Shown: in pieces, positions 36,400 to 49,679 of the stretch
Position numbering within the stretch: the first letter of the stretch is position 1
Layout of the letters: every line of letters starts with the position of its first letter
Assembly (NCBI RefSeq): GCF_006345805.1
Contig: NC_043008.1
Coordinates: forward strand, 57,474,001 to 57,538,000
Length of the DNA: 64,000 nt
Origin: Octopus sinensis
Lineage: Eukaryota
Direction: 5' to 3'
Made by a program: the position numbers and the translations under genes
Notes under the pieces: model-generated
What the model was told of the DNA's origin: nothing
The model's input: only the letters and a program-made list of their open reading frames with translations
Databases searched by the model: none

Positions 36400-38300
36400 T
36401 GTTAGTGGTATTAATTGAAAGGTTAGTAGTGTTCTGTATTATGTTATGTGTTCATATTGAGTTGTGGAAGATATTTGAGGAAAGTTGCCTCTTTATTCAT
36501 TCTTTGTTGTACTGAGGTGTTCTGTGAACATTGATAGAAGGGCAAAATTAGGATTAGGATTTTTAGCACACTGTTCACTAACCTGTATTGTGGGTTGCGG
36601 ATTTGTTCTTTGTGTAGAGTGGTTCTTCAACGGAGTGATATTCCTGTTTGGCCAATATAATTATGACCACACCCTAAGCATGTAATGGCATAGATAAGAT
36701 TTTCCGAGGTACAGGTGAAATTTGATTTGATCTTTCACCTTGTTTAAAGTGGAATTCTGAACCCTCCAAAAGGTGGGGGATGTACCACAGTTAGGTCAAC
36801 TACATTTTTTTCACTTTTGGTTGTGTTGTTAATGGATATAGTGTTGCACTGGTTAATATTTTTTTCAATGATTTAGGTTGCATTTTGCTCTTGATAATTT
36901 TGTATGAGCCTAAAATTATGTTCATTGTTTTATCTCCTGTGAGGATGGGAAGATTTTGGATGATGATGTTAAAAGGCCTTGTTGTTTCTAGGGTTATGCG
37001 TGGAGATGTATGGGAGTATTAAGTCTGGTTTAGTATTTTGGTTGACTTCCCTTAATGTTCGTATATCTATTTCCATAGCTTGTTTAATGCCATCATTTAT
37101 TAATGATGTTGGATAATATCTTTTGATTAGTATTGATCTGAATATCAAGGTGTCTTCATTCACGAGTATAGGTGTCCGAAATTATGGCACAGATTCTTTT
37201 CGCTACATTATAAGGTATATTAATTTTTATGTGTTTGGGATGGCATGAGTTGAATAATATGTATTGTTTAGAATCTGTGGATTTTATAGATGTCTGTTTT
37301 GATGTGGTTATTGACTATTTTAATTAGGATGTCAAGAAAAGGGGAGTTGTTTACTGCTGTGCTCCATGGTGAATTGTATGTTGCTATTCATATTGTTAAA
37401 CATTATTTTGAAATCGAGGAGTTTGTCCATATTGTCGTTCCAAAATATAAAGCAATCGTCCAAATACCTCTTCCAGTTCTCCTTAAATAGCAATGAAATG
37501 AGGTGTCATAGTAGTGATGATTGATATATTTTAAGCTCTAGGTAACCCATTACAAGGTTTGTAATCACTGGAGCAGCTCTGGTTCCCATTGCAATTCCAC
37601 ATTTTTGTTGATAGTAAGTTGTATCGAACATGAAACAGTTGTTAAGTTGGATGAATTTGAGTGCTTTGATTATGAATTTGTGGTTAATGCGTCCTGGGAT
37701 CTCTTCTGGGTATTTTTCTAGCCAGAAGGTGATCGCTTCTATACCCTAATCATGAAGGATATTGGTGTACAAATTCACCACATCGAATGATACTAACAGC
37801 GTTCCTTCTTTTATGGTCTTCGGTAGGTGGTTCAACATGTCTAAGTCATCCCTGATGAAGCTTTTCACATATTTTAGAAACGGTTTGAGTAAGATGTCGA
37901 GGAAGTTGCTCAATTGGTGGGTTTCACAAGCAGGGCCAACAATGATGGGTCTCAGTTTGAGGTCAGTAGGGGGAGGAACGTTAATGCACAGGCTTGGAGA
38001 AACTTTGCAAGCTTTACAAATATGTAGATTTTTGTGTATTTTAGGTAATCCATAGAATAGACTAGGACCGTATTTAAAATTGGATAAATAGTCTATTTCA
38101 TGTTCAGCGAGGCCCTTTCCATGGATTTGATGTAAGGAAGATAAGCTTTTGAGTGTCTTCTGTGGGTTGCATTGTACTATCTTCTCAAAGTAAATATTAT
38201 TTTTCAGCATGGAGAGTATTAAATTTATGTAGTACTCTGTGTCCATCACCACTACTGCACTTCCTTTGTCGGCTTCTTTAATGGTGAGGCTTATATCATT
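36400..38300 (-). mobile_element. Decayed PLE (Neptune/Poseidon type), RT and GIY-YIG
   Basis: ADKGSAVV, YGLPKIHK, LRPII, SFDVVNLYTNI, GIAMGTRAAP, SCHP, ILPYISTHNP. Confidence 0.85.
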
Positions 38301-38320
38301 TTTTAACTCGATTAGGTCTT

Positions 38321-40460
38321 TCAGCCATTTAATTTGGGGGAGAACTTAGCTATGAAATATTTTTCCATATTCCTCCTGAAAGAGGTGTCGTTCTTCGGAC
38401 ATTTGTAGAAGGGAAAGATCTTAAATTTTCCTTCTCCACACGTAGCTAGGTGTGTACTTAGTAGTATCTTGCGTAGTTCTTCCTGCCAAACATGTTGTCG
38501 GTGAATCCTGGCTCGCTGGCACAAAGAATTACCAGTTTCACCTATGTAATCTTCCTTGCACGTGGGGCAGGTTATGCAGTATATAATGTTCTGTGTCTTG
38601 CAGTTCATATCTGCATTTACTTTAAATACGTAACCACTTTTAAATTTCATCTCTTTGTTTCCCTCTATGTATTTGTAGGTGGGGTTGCTGCAGATCCCAC
38701 ATCTACCATCTCCGCACTCTTTTGTAAAGAATTCCGTTTTAGTTTCTGAAGAGAATTTCGCTCTTGTTAGATGTTTCTTTAGGTTTTTGTCCTGTCGTCT
38801 ACTGTTTTTTATGCAATATTTGTTTAATATGTTTTTCATTTTGGGGCTTTGTAAGGCTATTGGCAAGTTTGAATGTATGGTTTGGAAGATGTTGGTAACT
38901 CCAGGGTTGTGCGTGTTTATAAAAGAGATAATTTTTTCTTTGTTTTTTGGTTTAGGTGTCCTGAGTTGTGTGATGTCTAGTTTCAATGCTCTTGTGATTC
39001 CATTTTCTATTAGTTTAAGGGGGTATTTTTGCTCTAGAAGGAAGTTTTTAAGTTCATCTAGTCTTAGTAGTTGTATTTGTGAATCAGTTACTATGCTACA
39101 TATTCGTCTTGCCATACTATATGGGATGTTTCTTTTTGTGTGGGATGGGTGGCAGGAGTGGAAATTTAAATATTGGTGTGTGTCAGTTTTATTGTAGTGG
39201 ATGTCTGTTGTGACGATGGAGTTGTGTATTTTGATGTTGATGTCTAGGAAGGGAAGTTTGTTGTGGCTGGTATCTATTGTGAAGTTGATAGATGGGTGCA
39301 GCGTATTGAGGATGTTGTGGAATGTTCGTAGGTCATCGAGGTAGCGTTTCCACTTTTTCTTGTTGTCTTCTCTGAAGTCGTGTTCGAAGACTTTCCTTAT
39401 TTCATCGCATAGTTTGTTCTCCAGGAAACCTATCGCCAGGTTGGCATATGAAGGTGCGAATTTTGTACCCATAGCCGTGCCCTTTATCTGTCGGTATGTC
39501 TTGTTGTTGAATGAGAATGTATTTTCTTCGAGGATTAATTGGGTGGCTTGGGTGATAAAGTTTGTCTTGAAACGTTTGTCTATAAGTACTCTGTATTTTT
39601 CTATTGATTGCTTTATTGCTTCTAGACCTAGGGTGTGTGGTATGTTTGTATATAGATTTGTGACATCAAAGCTTGCAAGTATGGTGTTTTTTGGGACTGT
39701 ATTTGGAATGTGTGTGAAGAAGTCTGTCCATCCCTTATTTAGCTTAGTATCTGTGGGCATAAAGGTTTGAGGAGTACATCTATGAAGTGGCTTAGTTGTT
39801 GTGTTGGTGCCTGGGGTCCTGCCACTATTGGTCTCATTGTGAGGTCTGTAGGCCTTTGTATTCTTATATAGTGGTTCCTCTGTTCCTTTATGGCTCTCTG
39901 TATTTCAGAGCTTTTATGAATTTTAGGTAATCCATAAAAATTGCTTTCTTTGGTTCTTGAGTTGCATAGATAGTCTTTCTCCTTATCTGTAAAGGAGTCC
40001 TAGTATTCATTGACTAAAGTTCTAATTTTTTTTATTGTTACTTTCTCCGGTGGTGTGGGTTCCTCTTTATAGTATGTCTGGTTGTTCAGTAACTCCAGTA
40101 TCTTTTCTTTGTAGTAATCTGTATCCATAATTACTATTGCTCCACCTTTGTCAGCTTCTTTTATAATGATTGACTTGTCATTTTTCAGTTTTTGTAAGGC
40201 TTGTTTTTCTCCTGCGGAGGTTCTGTTTGCATTTGTGTGTGGAGAGGGAATTTGGATATTGTCTCTATGTATGCGTCAAGGTGTTTGTCACTCCCCTTGA
40301 AAGGGATGAAATGGGATTTTTTTCTTATGATTGAGTTATCTTCTGTTTCTTTATTTTCAAAGAATTCCATAAGGTGGGGGTGGATGTGGCAGCTGAAGTT
40401 GTCTATATCAGTTTTTAGTTCTATGAGGTTTGAAGTGGGTCTGGGTGTAAATTTGAGGCA
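38321..40460 (-). mobile_element. PLE (Neptune-type), nearly complete RT + GIY-YIG coding region
   Basis: ORF 38321-39760: FDVTNLYTNI, GTAMGTKFAP, WKRYLDD, SCHPSH, CGDGRCGIC, NIIYCITC...YIGETG. Confidence 0.92.
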
Positions 40461-40614
40461 CCAGGCTCCAGTCTGATCTGGCAGTGTTTCTACAGCTGGA
40501 TGCCCTTCCTAACGCCAACCACTCCGCGAATGTAGTGGGTGCTTTTTACGTGTCACCGGCACAGGTGCCAGGGGAGTCTGGCATCGTCCACGATCGGTTG
40601 GTGCTTTTAACATG

Positions 40615-43400
40615 CCAGAATTTAATTTCTTCCTTATATCCAGCCTTCCTTAATGCTTCGTTTTAGTAGCCAGCATGTTTTAGGAAGCTCTCATAATTCG
40701 AAAAGACCATTGATATTCCATTCCCAACGTTTTTTATTAACATTTTCTTTATCGAGGAGTGGTGGTTACTGTATGCATTTATGTATTTTAAGAAGCTCTC
40801 ATAATTCGAAGAGAGCATTGAAATTCCATTGCCAGTGTTATTTATTAACGTTCTCTTTATTGAGGGGTGGTGGTTACTGTATGCATTTATGTATTTTAAG
40901 AAGCTCTCATAATTCGAAGAGAGCATTGAATTCCATTGCCAGTGTTATTTATAACGTTCTCTTTATCGAGGGGTGGTGGTTACTGTATGCATTTATGTAT
41001 TTTAAGAAGCTCTCATAATTCGAAGAGAGCATTGAAATTCCATTGCCAGTGTTATTTATAACGTTCTCTTTATCGAGGGGTGGTGGTTACTGTATGCATT
41101 TATGTATTTTAAGAAGCTCTCATAATTCGAAGAGAGCATTGAAATTCCATTGCCAGTGTTATTTATTAACGTTCTCTTTATTGAGGGGTGGTGGTTACTG
41201 TATGCATTTATGTATTTTAAGAAGCTCTCATAATTCGAAGAGAGCATTGATATTCCATTGCCAGTGTTATTTATAACGTTCTCTTTATCGAGGGGTGGTG
41301 GTTACTGTATGTATTTATGTATTTTAAGAAGCTCTCATAATTCGAAGAGAGCATTGATATTCCATTGCCAGTGTTATTTATAACGTTCTCTTTATCGAGG
41401 GGTGGTGGTTACTGTATGTATTTATGTATTTTAAGAAGCTCTCATAATTCGAAGAGAGCATTGATATTCCATTGCCAGTGTTATTTATAACGTTCTCTTT
41501 ATCGAGGGGTGGTGGTTACTGTATGTATTTATGTATTTTAAGAAGCTCTCATAATTCTAAGAGAGCATTGATATTCCATTGCCAGTGTTATTTATAACGT
41601 TCTCTTTATCGAGGGGTGGTGGTTACTGTATGCATTTATGTATTTGAAGAAGCTCTCATAATTCGAAGAGAGCATTGATATTCCATTGACAGTGTTATTT
41701 ATAACGTTCTCTTTATCGAGGGGTGGTGGTTACTGTATGTATTTATGTATTTTAAGAAGCTCTCATAATTCGAAGAGGGCATTGATATTCCATTGCCAGT
41801 GTTATTTATAACGTTCTCTTTATCGAGGGGTGGTGGTTACTGTATGCATTTATGTATTTTAAGAAGCTCTCATAATTCGAAGAGAGCATTGATATTCCAT
41901 TGCCAGTGTTATTTATAACGTTCTCTTTATCGAGGGGTGGTGGTTACTGTATGCATTTATGTATTTTAAGAAGCTCTCATAATTCGAAGAGAGCATTGAT
42001 GTTCCATTGCCAGTGTTATTTATTAACGTTCTCTTTATCGAGGGGTGGTGGTTACTGTATGTATTTATGTATTTTAAGAAGCTCTCATAATTCGAAGAGA
42101 GCATTGAAATTCCATTGCCAGTGTTATTTATTAACGTTCTCTTTATCGAGGGGTGGTGGTTACTGTATGTATTTATGTATTTTAAGAAGCTCTCATAATT
42201 CGAAGAGAGCATTGAAATTCCATTGCCAGTGTTATTTATTAACGTTCTCTTTATCGAGGGGTGGTGGTTACTGTATGTATTTATGTATTTTAAGAAGCTC
42301 TCATAATTTGAAGAGAGCATTGAAATTCCATTGCCAGTGTTATTTATTAACGTTCTCTTTATCGAGGAGTGGTGGTTACCGTATGCATTTATGTATTTTA
42401 AGAAGCTCTCATAATTCGAAGAGAGCATTGATATTCCATTGCCAGTGTTATTTATTAACGTTCTCTTTATCGAGGGGTGGTGGTTACTGTATGTATTTAT
42501 GTATTTTAAGAAGCTCTCATAATTCGAAGAGAGCATTGAAATTCCATTGCCAGTGTTACTTATTAACGTTTTCTTTATCGAGGGGTGGTGGTTACTGTAT
42601 GCATTTATGTATTTTAAGAAGCTCTCATAATTCGAAGAGAGCATTGAAATTCCATTGCCAGTGTTATTTATTAACGTTCTCTTTATTGAGGGGTGGTGGT
42701 TACTGTATGCATTTATGTATTTTAAGAAGCTCTCATAATTCGAAGAGAGCATTGAAATTCCATTGCCAGTGTTATTTATTAACGTTTTCTTTATCGAGGA
42801 GTGGTGGTTACTGTATGTATTTATGTATTTTAAGAAGCTCTCATAATTCGAAGAGAGCATTGAAATTCCATTGCCAGTGTTATTTATTAACGTTCTCTTT
42901 ATCGAGGGGTGGTGGTTACTGTATGCATTTATGTATTTTAAGAAGCTCTCATAATTCGAAGAGAGCATTGAAATTCCATTGCCAGTGTTATTTATTAACG
43001 TTTTCTTTATCGAGGAGTGGTGGTTACTGTATGCATTTATGTATTTTAAGAAGCTCTCATAATTCGAAGAGAGCATTGAAATTCCATTGCCAGTGTTATT
43101 TATTAACGTTCTCTTTATCGAGGGGTGGTGGTTACTGTATGCATTTATGTATTTTAAGAAGCTCTCATAATTCGAAGAGAGCATTGAAATTCCATTGCCA
43201 GTGTTATTTATTAACGTTTTCTTTATCGAGGAGTGGTGGTTACTGTATGCATTTATGTGTTTTAAGTTTGCATTAAATTTATGGAAAGGTTGGTTGTATC
43301 AACCCTGTTGCAATATTCAAATTTGCATCTAGAAAATTTACATTATAATGTTCATTATAGATTGTAGTTTCTAACCCGTAATTTTTTAAATATATATTTA
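40615..43400 (-). mobile_element. Naiad-type PLE RT/thumb fragment hosting the 108-bp satellite
   Basis: Flanks read VNFLDANLNI..PFHK and EALRKAGY, collinear with 15410-15640. Confidence 0.75.
40680..43265. repeat. 107/108-bp satellite, ~24 copies
   Basis: Unit aagaagctctcataattcgaagagagcattgaaattccattgccagtg... The long ORFs 41900-43276 and 41913-43184 are 36-aa repeats. Confidence 0.97.
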
Positions 43401-43929
43401 TTATATAAAGTCAATGTCTTTGTGTGCTCCTACTGCACTGATCCTAATGAAATTTGGGAAACAAAATCCAATCCTAGGGAGAAGGGTAATGGTGTATGTT
43501 TCATACAATTTCATGGACCAAAATTACTGAGTGGATCCTTATGATATTTGGAACTTACATTCAATGCATAAGGGCAAGTATAATGCAGTATGTTTGGTGT
43601 GAATTTGAGGTGGCTTAAAGGGGGCAGAACACCCCATAAAAATTCATAAATTTTCGATGTTCGTGAAATTACAACCATAGGTAATTGACAGACATCGAGA
43701 AGTATTCCGAAAGTTACCACTTCTTGTGCGGATTCTAAGACCCCCAAATGGAGGCCTTAACTCCCATATTTTAGTAATTTCTTATGATCTAAAACTAGGT
43801 CAAAAATCTTGAATAGATCTTTATGAAATTTGGAAATTATACTTTATTACATCTGTCCTTATGCAGAGTTTAACTCCTTCAATATCAAGTCGTTATACAA
43901 ATTTGGTGGTACAGAGTAAATATTTCCGA

Positions 43930-44300
43930 TTTTATCAGACAATATGTGTAGGTCAGGAGATGATTTCATGGACGATATCTTCTGAGATAGCAGCTTCTGG
44001 AAGGGATTGGTGTATTTTGAAAATTTCAACCGCTTAAGTGCATCAGGTCCTGTTCAAACTTAGCAAGAGCTGGGTTGGATGGAGGGTTTCTATAGGTTTT
44101 AAGGTTAAAATTATTTTTCTCGCCGGGAATGTTGGAATCATTAGAACTGCTGTCATTCTTCTTATTTTTCAAATCAAAGAAGTAGGCTCACCATCTTAGC
44201 CTGTTAATGAATTCCGTGGTTTGATTCCATGTATGCATTATTTGAGAGTATGGGAATATTCTTTGTGGAAAAACCTAGACAGTGCTTATTCATTATGCAG
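43930..44300 (-). mobile_element. Naiad-type PLE N-terminal fragment
   Basis: LGFSTKNIP...FINRLRW, similar to the start of ORF 14225. Confidence 0.65.
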
Positions 44301-44337
44301 CCTATATGAAGTGCTCGAAAGAGCAAAAGTATATAAT

Positions 44338-44374
<37 letters not shown>

Positions 44375-44456
44375 ATATTTATATATATATATATATATAA
44401 ATAAAAGGAAAATAAGTCAAGGTAGAAAATGTTGAAATAATTTTATCATAAAAAAC

Positions 44457-44500
44457 ATTTTAGTACCGGTTTCAGTCATTGAGACTTTTTCAACTCTAAG
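44457..44500 (-). ncRNA. Minimal hammerhead-like motif with UUGAAAA core
   Basis: Minus strand: ttagag TTGAAAA agtc-tcaat-gact GAAA ccgg TA ctaaaa. Lies downstream of a PLE GIY-YIG C-terminal remnant (44740-44920). Stem I is imperfect. Confidence 0.55.
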
Positions 44501-44919
44501 TATGGAAAACAACTAAAGTTCGGAAAAATTAAATGAAAAGTTTTTTAAAAGAATATTTGCATAGTATTTAAATACAAGGGGCATTTTCCTTGTTTTTGCC
44601 TGTCTCTGTCCCTCTTTTTGACTCTTGTGTGAATTCTTGGCAGAGAAGAAAAAGAAAAATACTTTTGAATGCATCATTTTTAATATTTGCTTGTGTGTTA
44701 TTCTAAGGTCATGGTGGATATGTCATTTGTTGTAGATGCGTTCAATAGGGGGGGGGTCTGTATTTTGTGATAAAGAACAACTCTTTACTAATTCGTTGGC
44801 AACAGGTTGTATCATCCCTGAATTGATAGAGGGGGAAAAATACTGAAACTTGGATTTTTGTTTTTGGCACAAATGTTGATGTGTTGGCTGAATGCTATTT
44901 TTCTGTTTTTCGGAATTTT

Positions 44920-45905
44920 GATTAGTACGTCATGTAGTTTCACGAATGTCCTGTCCGAGAATAGTGACGTCGAGTAGTATTTTGACTTCAGATATCTTTC
45001 AATACTGGATAACATTCCCCTCAAAGATGAAGGTTCATAGTTGCTACCGTCCGGCTTTCGTAACGAGATAAAGAAAGTACAGAGAATGTCACAAAGTTCA
45101 CTTTTGTCGATAGATTCAATTGGACGCGTGTCGCCATTTTTCGCCATGAAAACAAACAATCGTTTAACATCATAGTTTGTTTTCCGAAGAGTGTTTTTAT
45201 TTTGATTACCTTGAACGAATTTGTCTATTCCAGAATGATCATACCTTGGTTGAAATTCAAGTTCATTATTGCTCTCATCAAAGAAATCGTCACATAGAAG
45301 TTCGTTGTACACCTCATCAGGGATGTTAGATCTAGGGTTCGATGACAATCCACTCGTCGATGACACTGTTTCAGGTACCTTTGTTAACCTGTATCCAGCA
45401 ACATGTCGAACTTGGCCAGTATTGATCTTCACTTTGAACATTCTGTATGTTCCAAGAGGTTGAACAACGGATAACACTCTTCCCCCATCTTTACTATCAA
45501 TCTTATCAAAATCATTCACCTTGATATCGACAACAGTAGCCATCTTGTTGATAGATCTACCTGCACTGCAAGAGTATCGACGAGCAGACGAAATATGTTG
45601 TGATTTTTTTGGCAACAAAAAATTGAATTACCACCAGAAATGTTAATATTTTATGTGTATATGACTTTAAGTGATATCTGGTATAAAAAAGATAGTATGT
45701 TTGTTTAATTACATGGCTACATTCTACCTGCTCATGAAAGTAATGAATGAAGTTTAGTTGTAACTTATGAATGACAAAAGTAGTGCCGTCACCATGACCT
45801 CGGGTCATCACCATGGATTGACCAATCAGAAGCAGCGCTCGCAGTATCTGACATATGTTAGATACCAAAAATACCTCAGTGTTCTCACTCACATGTGTGT
45901 AATAA
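44920..45905 (-). mobile_element. Crypton (tyrosine-recombinase DNA transposon) 5' fragment
   Basis: NKNTLRKT..DVKRL..F, ELCDILCTFFISLRKPDGSNYEPSSL....SSIERYL is the Crypton / KCTD1-QRICH1-ZMYM-related signature. Confidence 0.85.
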
Positions 45906-47460
45906 ATCAGGTTCTCCAAAGCACATGTGAAGCTGTTTTTCATTGAAACGTTGTCCTTGTTTGAAGGAGAACTCTGATCTCTCAATTAAATTGATGCATC
46001 TCCCACAGTTAGGTCTTTTGCATTTTTTTTGCTGATGGCTTCAGTGTTGTTGTTGAGTGTATTCAGACTTGTGTTAGGAGACTTTTCATAGATTTGGGCT
46101 GTCTCTTGCTTTTTATGATGGCGTGTGTTTGGAGGTTCATTCTGTGGTCCTTTTTTAGCCGGGAAATGTTTTGAAGGATGGTGTTGAAGGCTTCATTGTT
46201 AAGAGGGTTGTGTGTGGAGATGTATGGTAGGGCTTTTGGTTGTAAATCCTCCTTTAATTTGGGATTTCTGAGTTCATGGATGTTGAGTTGTAGGGCACGT
46301 TGAAAGCATATGACAATTAATGAAGGTGGGTAGTTCCTGGTGATGAGTGTATCCTTTAGTTCATGTAGTCGTGTGTCCTTGGTGTTTGTATTAGAAACTA
46401 TAGTACATATCCTTTTTGCTAGGTTGAAGGGGATATTCATTCTGGTGTGTCTGGGGTGGCATGAGTTGAATGGGAGATATTGCTTGGAATCCGTAAGCTT
46501 ATAGTATATATCTGTTTCTATTACATTGTTAGATTTCTTAATGAGGATGTCGAGGAAGGGGAGTTGTTGATGGCTATTTTCCATCGTGAATTGAATGTTT
46601 ACGTCAAGTCCATTTATAAGTGCTTGGAATTCTTTAAGTTTCTCTATACTTTCATGCCAAAGACTGAAACAGTCATCCAGGTATCTCTTCCAGTTATTTT
46701 CAATGTAGAGAGAGAATGGGTTGCCATATTTTTCTTGTACCGTACAATAAAGACTAATTTCTAGATATCCCACGACTAGGTTAGCAAAGGAGGGGTCCAT
46801 TCTCGTACCCATCGCAGTCCCCGATTTTTGTCAATAGATGTCTTTGAAGACCAAGTAGATATTCTCCAAGGTAAATTTTAGCCCTTCTATCACGAATTCT
46901 TTTTTGATGCCATGTGGGAGTTCGTTGGCATGATTCTCTAGCCAGAATTGAATTGCCTCTATTCCTAGGTTGTGGGGGATATTGGAATAGAGGTTGACCA
47001 CATCGAAGGATACTAGTAGGGTGTTTTCGTTTATTGTTTCAGGAAGGTGTTTGAACATATCCAGGTTGTCCCTTATGTAGCTTTTGGCATGCTTGAGGAA
47101 TGGTTTTAAGAAGGTATCTAAAAAGTTATTGAGGTGGTGGGTTTCACATGCGGGACCTGCTATTATAGGTCTCGATTTGAGGTCATTTGGAGTAGGGACT
47201 TTGATCATCATGTCTGTGGCTTTCCTGCATGAGTTACTTATTTTCTCACTTTTGTGTATCTTGGGAACCCCGTAGAATTGACTGGTTTTACTTTTGAAAT
47301 TGGTCATGTAGTCGTATTCTTTGTCAGTGAACTCTTCTCTGTATAGGTTTAACATGGATTTTAGGTCTCTCATTATTTTCTGCTGACTGTAGTGTTGGGC
47401 CTTTTCATAATATGTTGTGTCTTCCAATATGGATAGTACTAGAGTTATATAGTATACCAT
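45905..47460 (-). mobile_element. PLE (Neptune/Poseidon type) RT fragment
   Basis: YGVPKIHK, SFDVVNLYSNI, GTAMGTRM, WKRYLDD, SCHPRH; related to 36400-38300. Confidence 0.88.
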
Positions 47461-49620
47461 GTCCAGTGAGGGTAGAATGTCAAAGGTAGACTTGATCAGG
47501 AAGGATGTTCTTGCTTGTTCCGAAGCCCAAAGTTCCTTCCACAAGAATCTGCAACTGACCACATATTTCTCCCATCTCAGGCACTGTCCTTGTTGACTAC
47601 ATTGCACCAAATGTACATTTTGCCTGTCTTCTTCCTCCTTTCTTATTTCGTGTACCACTGCCTCTTTCATCTCTTTTATGCTGCTATTGCAAAATGGCCT
47701 GAAATTGTGCGACCCTAGACCAGCTCTTGTTTCTTGCGTTGCTCTAACTATATCGGCGTGCCTTAGTTTTCCGATCGCCGTTTACAGCCTCTTCCGCCTT
47801 CCATTTCCTCCCTGTTTGTACCTTTGGAGGGTTTTCCCAGATGCTCTGATCTTTTGAATACCTTAGCATCATTACTGTCCTTGGCTTTCCTGCCTTATAT
47901 TCTTCGGCGATTGATGTTATTGGTAGTTGCAGCATAGGTTTTCCATATAGTGCAGTTGTATTCAGTGGTTTCGGCAGACCAAGCCATTTTCTGATAAACA
48001 CACTGCATCTTTGTTCCATCCTTTCTACTCTACTCGAAGCTATTCATACATTTGCAATGACCACATTATCCTTGGGTACAGCCCAAATTGCAGTATTCAA
48101 CATTTGAATTTTCCTGGCAACGTTGTTCTGTCAATTGCCTTTAATCCTTGTTCTACTAACTCGTGTGTTTCTTTTCCTTGCTTCTTATCATTTAATAAAT
48201 CTCTATACCATTGGTATGTCTTCACCTATCCTGAATTTCACTTCTTGCACTCCTTCCATGAAAGCCATGCATTGAGATTTTTTGGCTTTGAATTTCATCC
48301 TTGCCCATCCTATCAGTTCATCCAACCACTCTAACGTTCCCTCTGCTGCTTCTCTACTTTCCGATAATATAGTTACGGTGTCCATAAAAGCACTTAATGG
48401 TGTCTTTGTAACAGCTTTCTCACAGGTTGTAGATCTAAGTAACATTTCCATAACTAGCAGGAATAAGATGACTGATATCGTGCATCCGGCTGCAATACCT
48501 ATTTCAAGCCGTTGCCACTCCGCTGTGAACTTTCCTGCTGTAAATCTCATCCTCAGGTTGTCGTAGTAGGACATGAACATCCACTGTTACTGTAAATTTC
48601 ATCCTCAGGTTGTCGTAGTAGGACATGAACATCCACTGTTACTGTAAATCTCATCCTCAGGTTGTCGTAGTAGGACATGAACATCCACTGTTACTGTAAA
48701 TTTCATCCTCAGGTTGTCGTAGTAGGACATGAACATCCACTGTTACTGTAAATCTCATCCTCAGGTTGTCGTAGTAGGACATGAACATCCACTGTTACTG
48801 TAAATCTCATCCTCAGGTTGTCGTAGTAGGACATGAACATCCACTGTTACTGTAAATCTCATCCTCAGGTTGTCGTAGTAGGACATGAACATCCACTGTT
48901 ACTGTAAATTTCATCCTCAGGTTGTCGTAGTAGGACATGAGCATTTGTTGAACATCTTTTGGAATCCAAAAGAAGTCCAACGCTGTTTTTATTAGTGCGT
49001 GCGGCACAGATCCATAAGCATTGGCAAGATCTAGCCAAACAATATACAGGTTTTTCTTCATTTGTTTTGCACAGGTGATGGCTTCCCCAGATGGCAAATG
49101 CGTGTTCTATGCACCCAGGGATTCCTGCTTTTTGAATCGCTTCATTAACGTATCCGTTATGCTGTACGAATCTTATGATTCGTCTAGCAATTATTCCAAA
49201 CATGATTTTCCTGCTGTATTTAGTAGTGAAATCGGTCTAAATTGGCCTAGTGATTTTGCCTCTTTTTCTTTAGGTAGATAGATACCTTCGGCTATACACC
49301 ATCGCTCTGCTACATCTTTCTTCTTCCACATTTCTCTTATCAGTGCTAACAGCTGCAAATGTAATTTTGGGCAATATTTGTATACTTTGTAACTCACTCC
49401 ATCGTTCCCTGGTGAACTTTTTGCTCTTGCTTTTCTTATGAACTCATCCATTTCTTTCCATTTGATGTCACTCAAATCAAATGGTACTCTTGGTTCAGGT
49501 GGTTTCTTCAGTCCGTGCATTTCTGGGAGTACTTCATTTCTGTCAGTCGCTGTATGTCTCTTTCAGATGTTGCTCGAGCTCTTCTTTCGTGCAATCCAAT
49601 TTTCCGCTTTTATTTTCAGT
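47460..49620 (-). mobile_element. RLE-group non-LTR retrotransposon (Hero-like) RT fragment
   Basis: KARAKSSPGNDG, FRPISLLN, QKAGIPGCIEH, WLDLANAYGSVPH, GIAAGCTIS, IRKWLGLP..LYG..LQLPITS..EEYK. Confidence 0.85.
48538..48939. repeat. 52-bp tandem repeat, ~7.7 copies, inside the Hero RT
   Basis: Unit ctgtaaatctcatcctcaggttgtcgtagtaggacatgaacatccactgtta. Confidence 0.95.
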
Positions 49621-49679
49621 AAATAAATGACATCATCAGGAGGAACCACGTCCGGTTTCGGCCCCTACTCCTCTACCGT

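Noticed and set aside
40680-43265. CRISPR-like array or genuine 458-aa Cys-rich repeat protein
   Set aside because: Units are contiguous with no unique spacers. The ORFs arise because 108 is divisible by 3 and the unit derives from TE coding sequence.
48538-48939. CRISPR array
   Set aside because: Head-to-tail 52-bp repeats without spacers, eukaryotic context, no cas genes.
49625-49665. Hammerhead (CTGATGA and GAAAC on minus)
   Set aside because: No NUH triplet or consistent stems could be built around the motifs.
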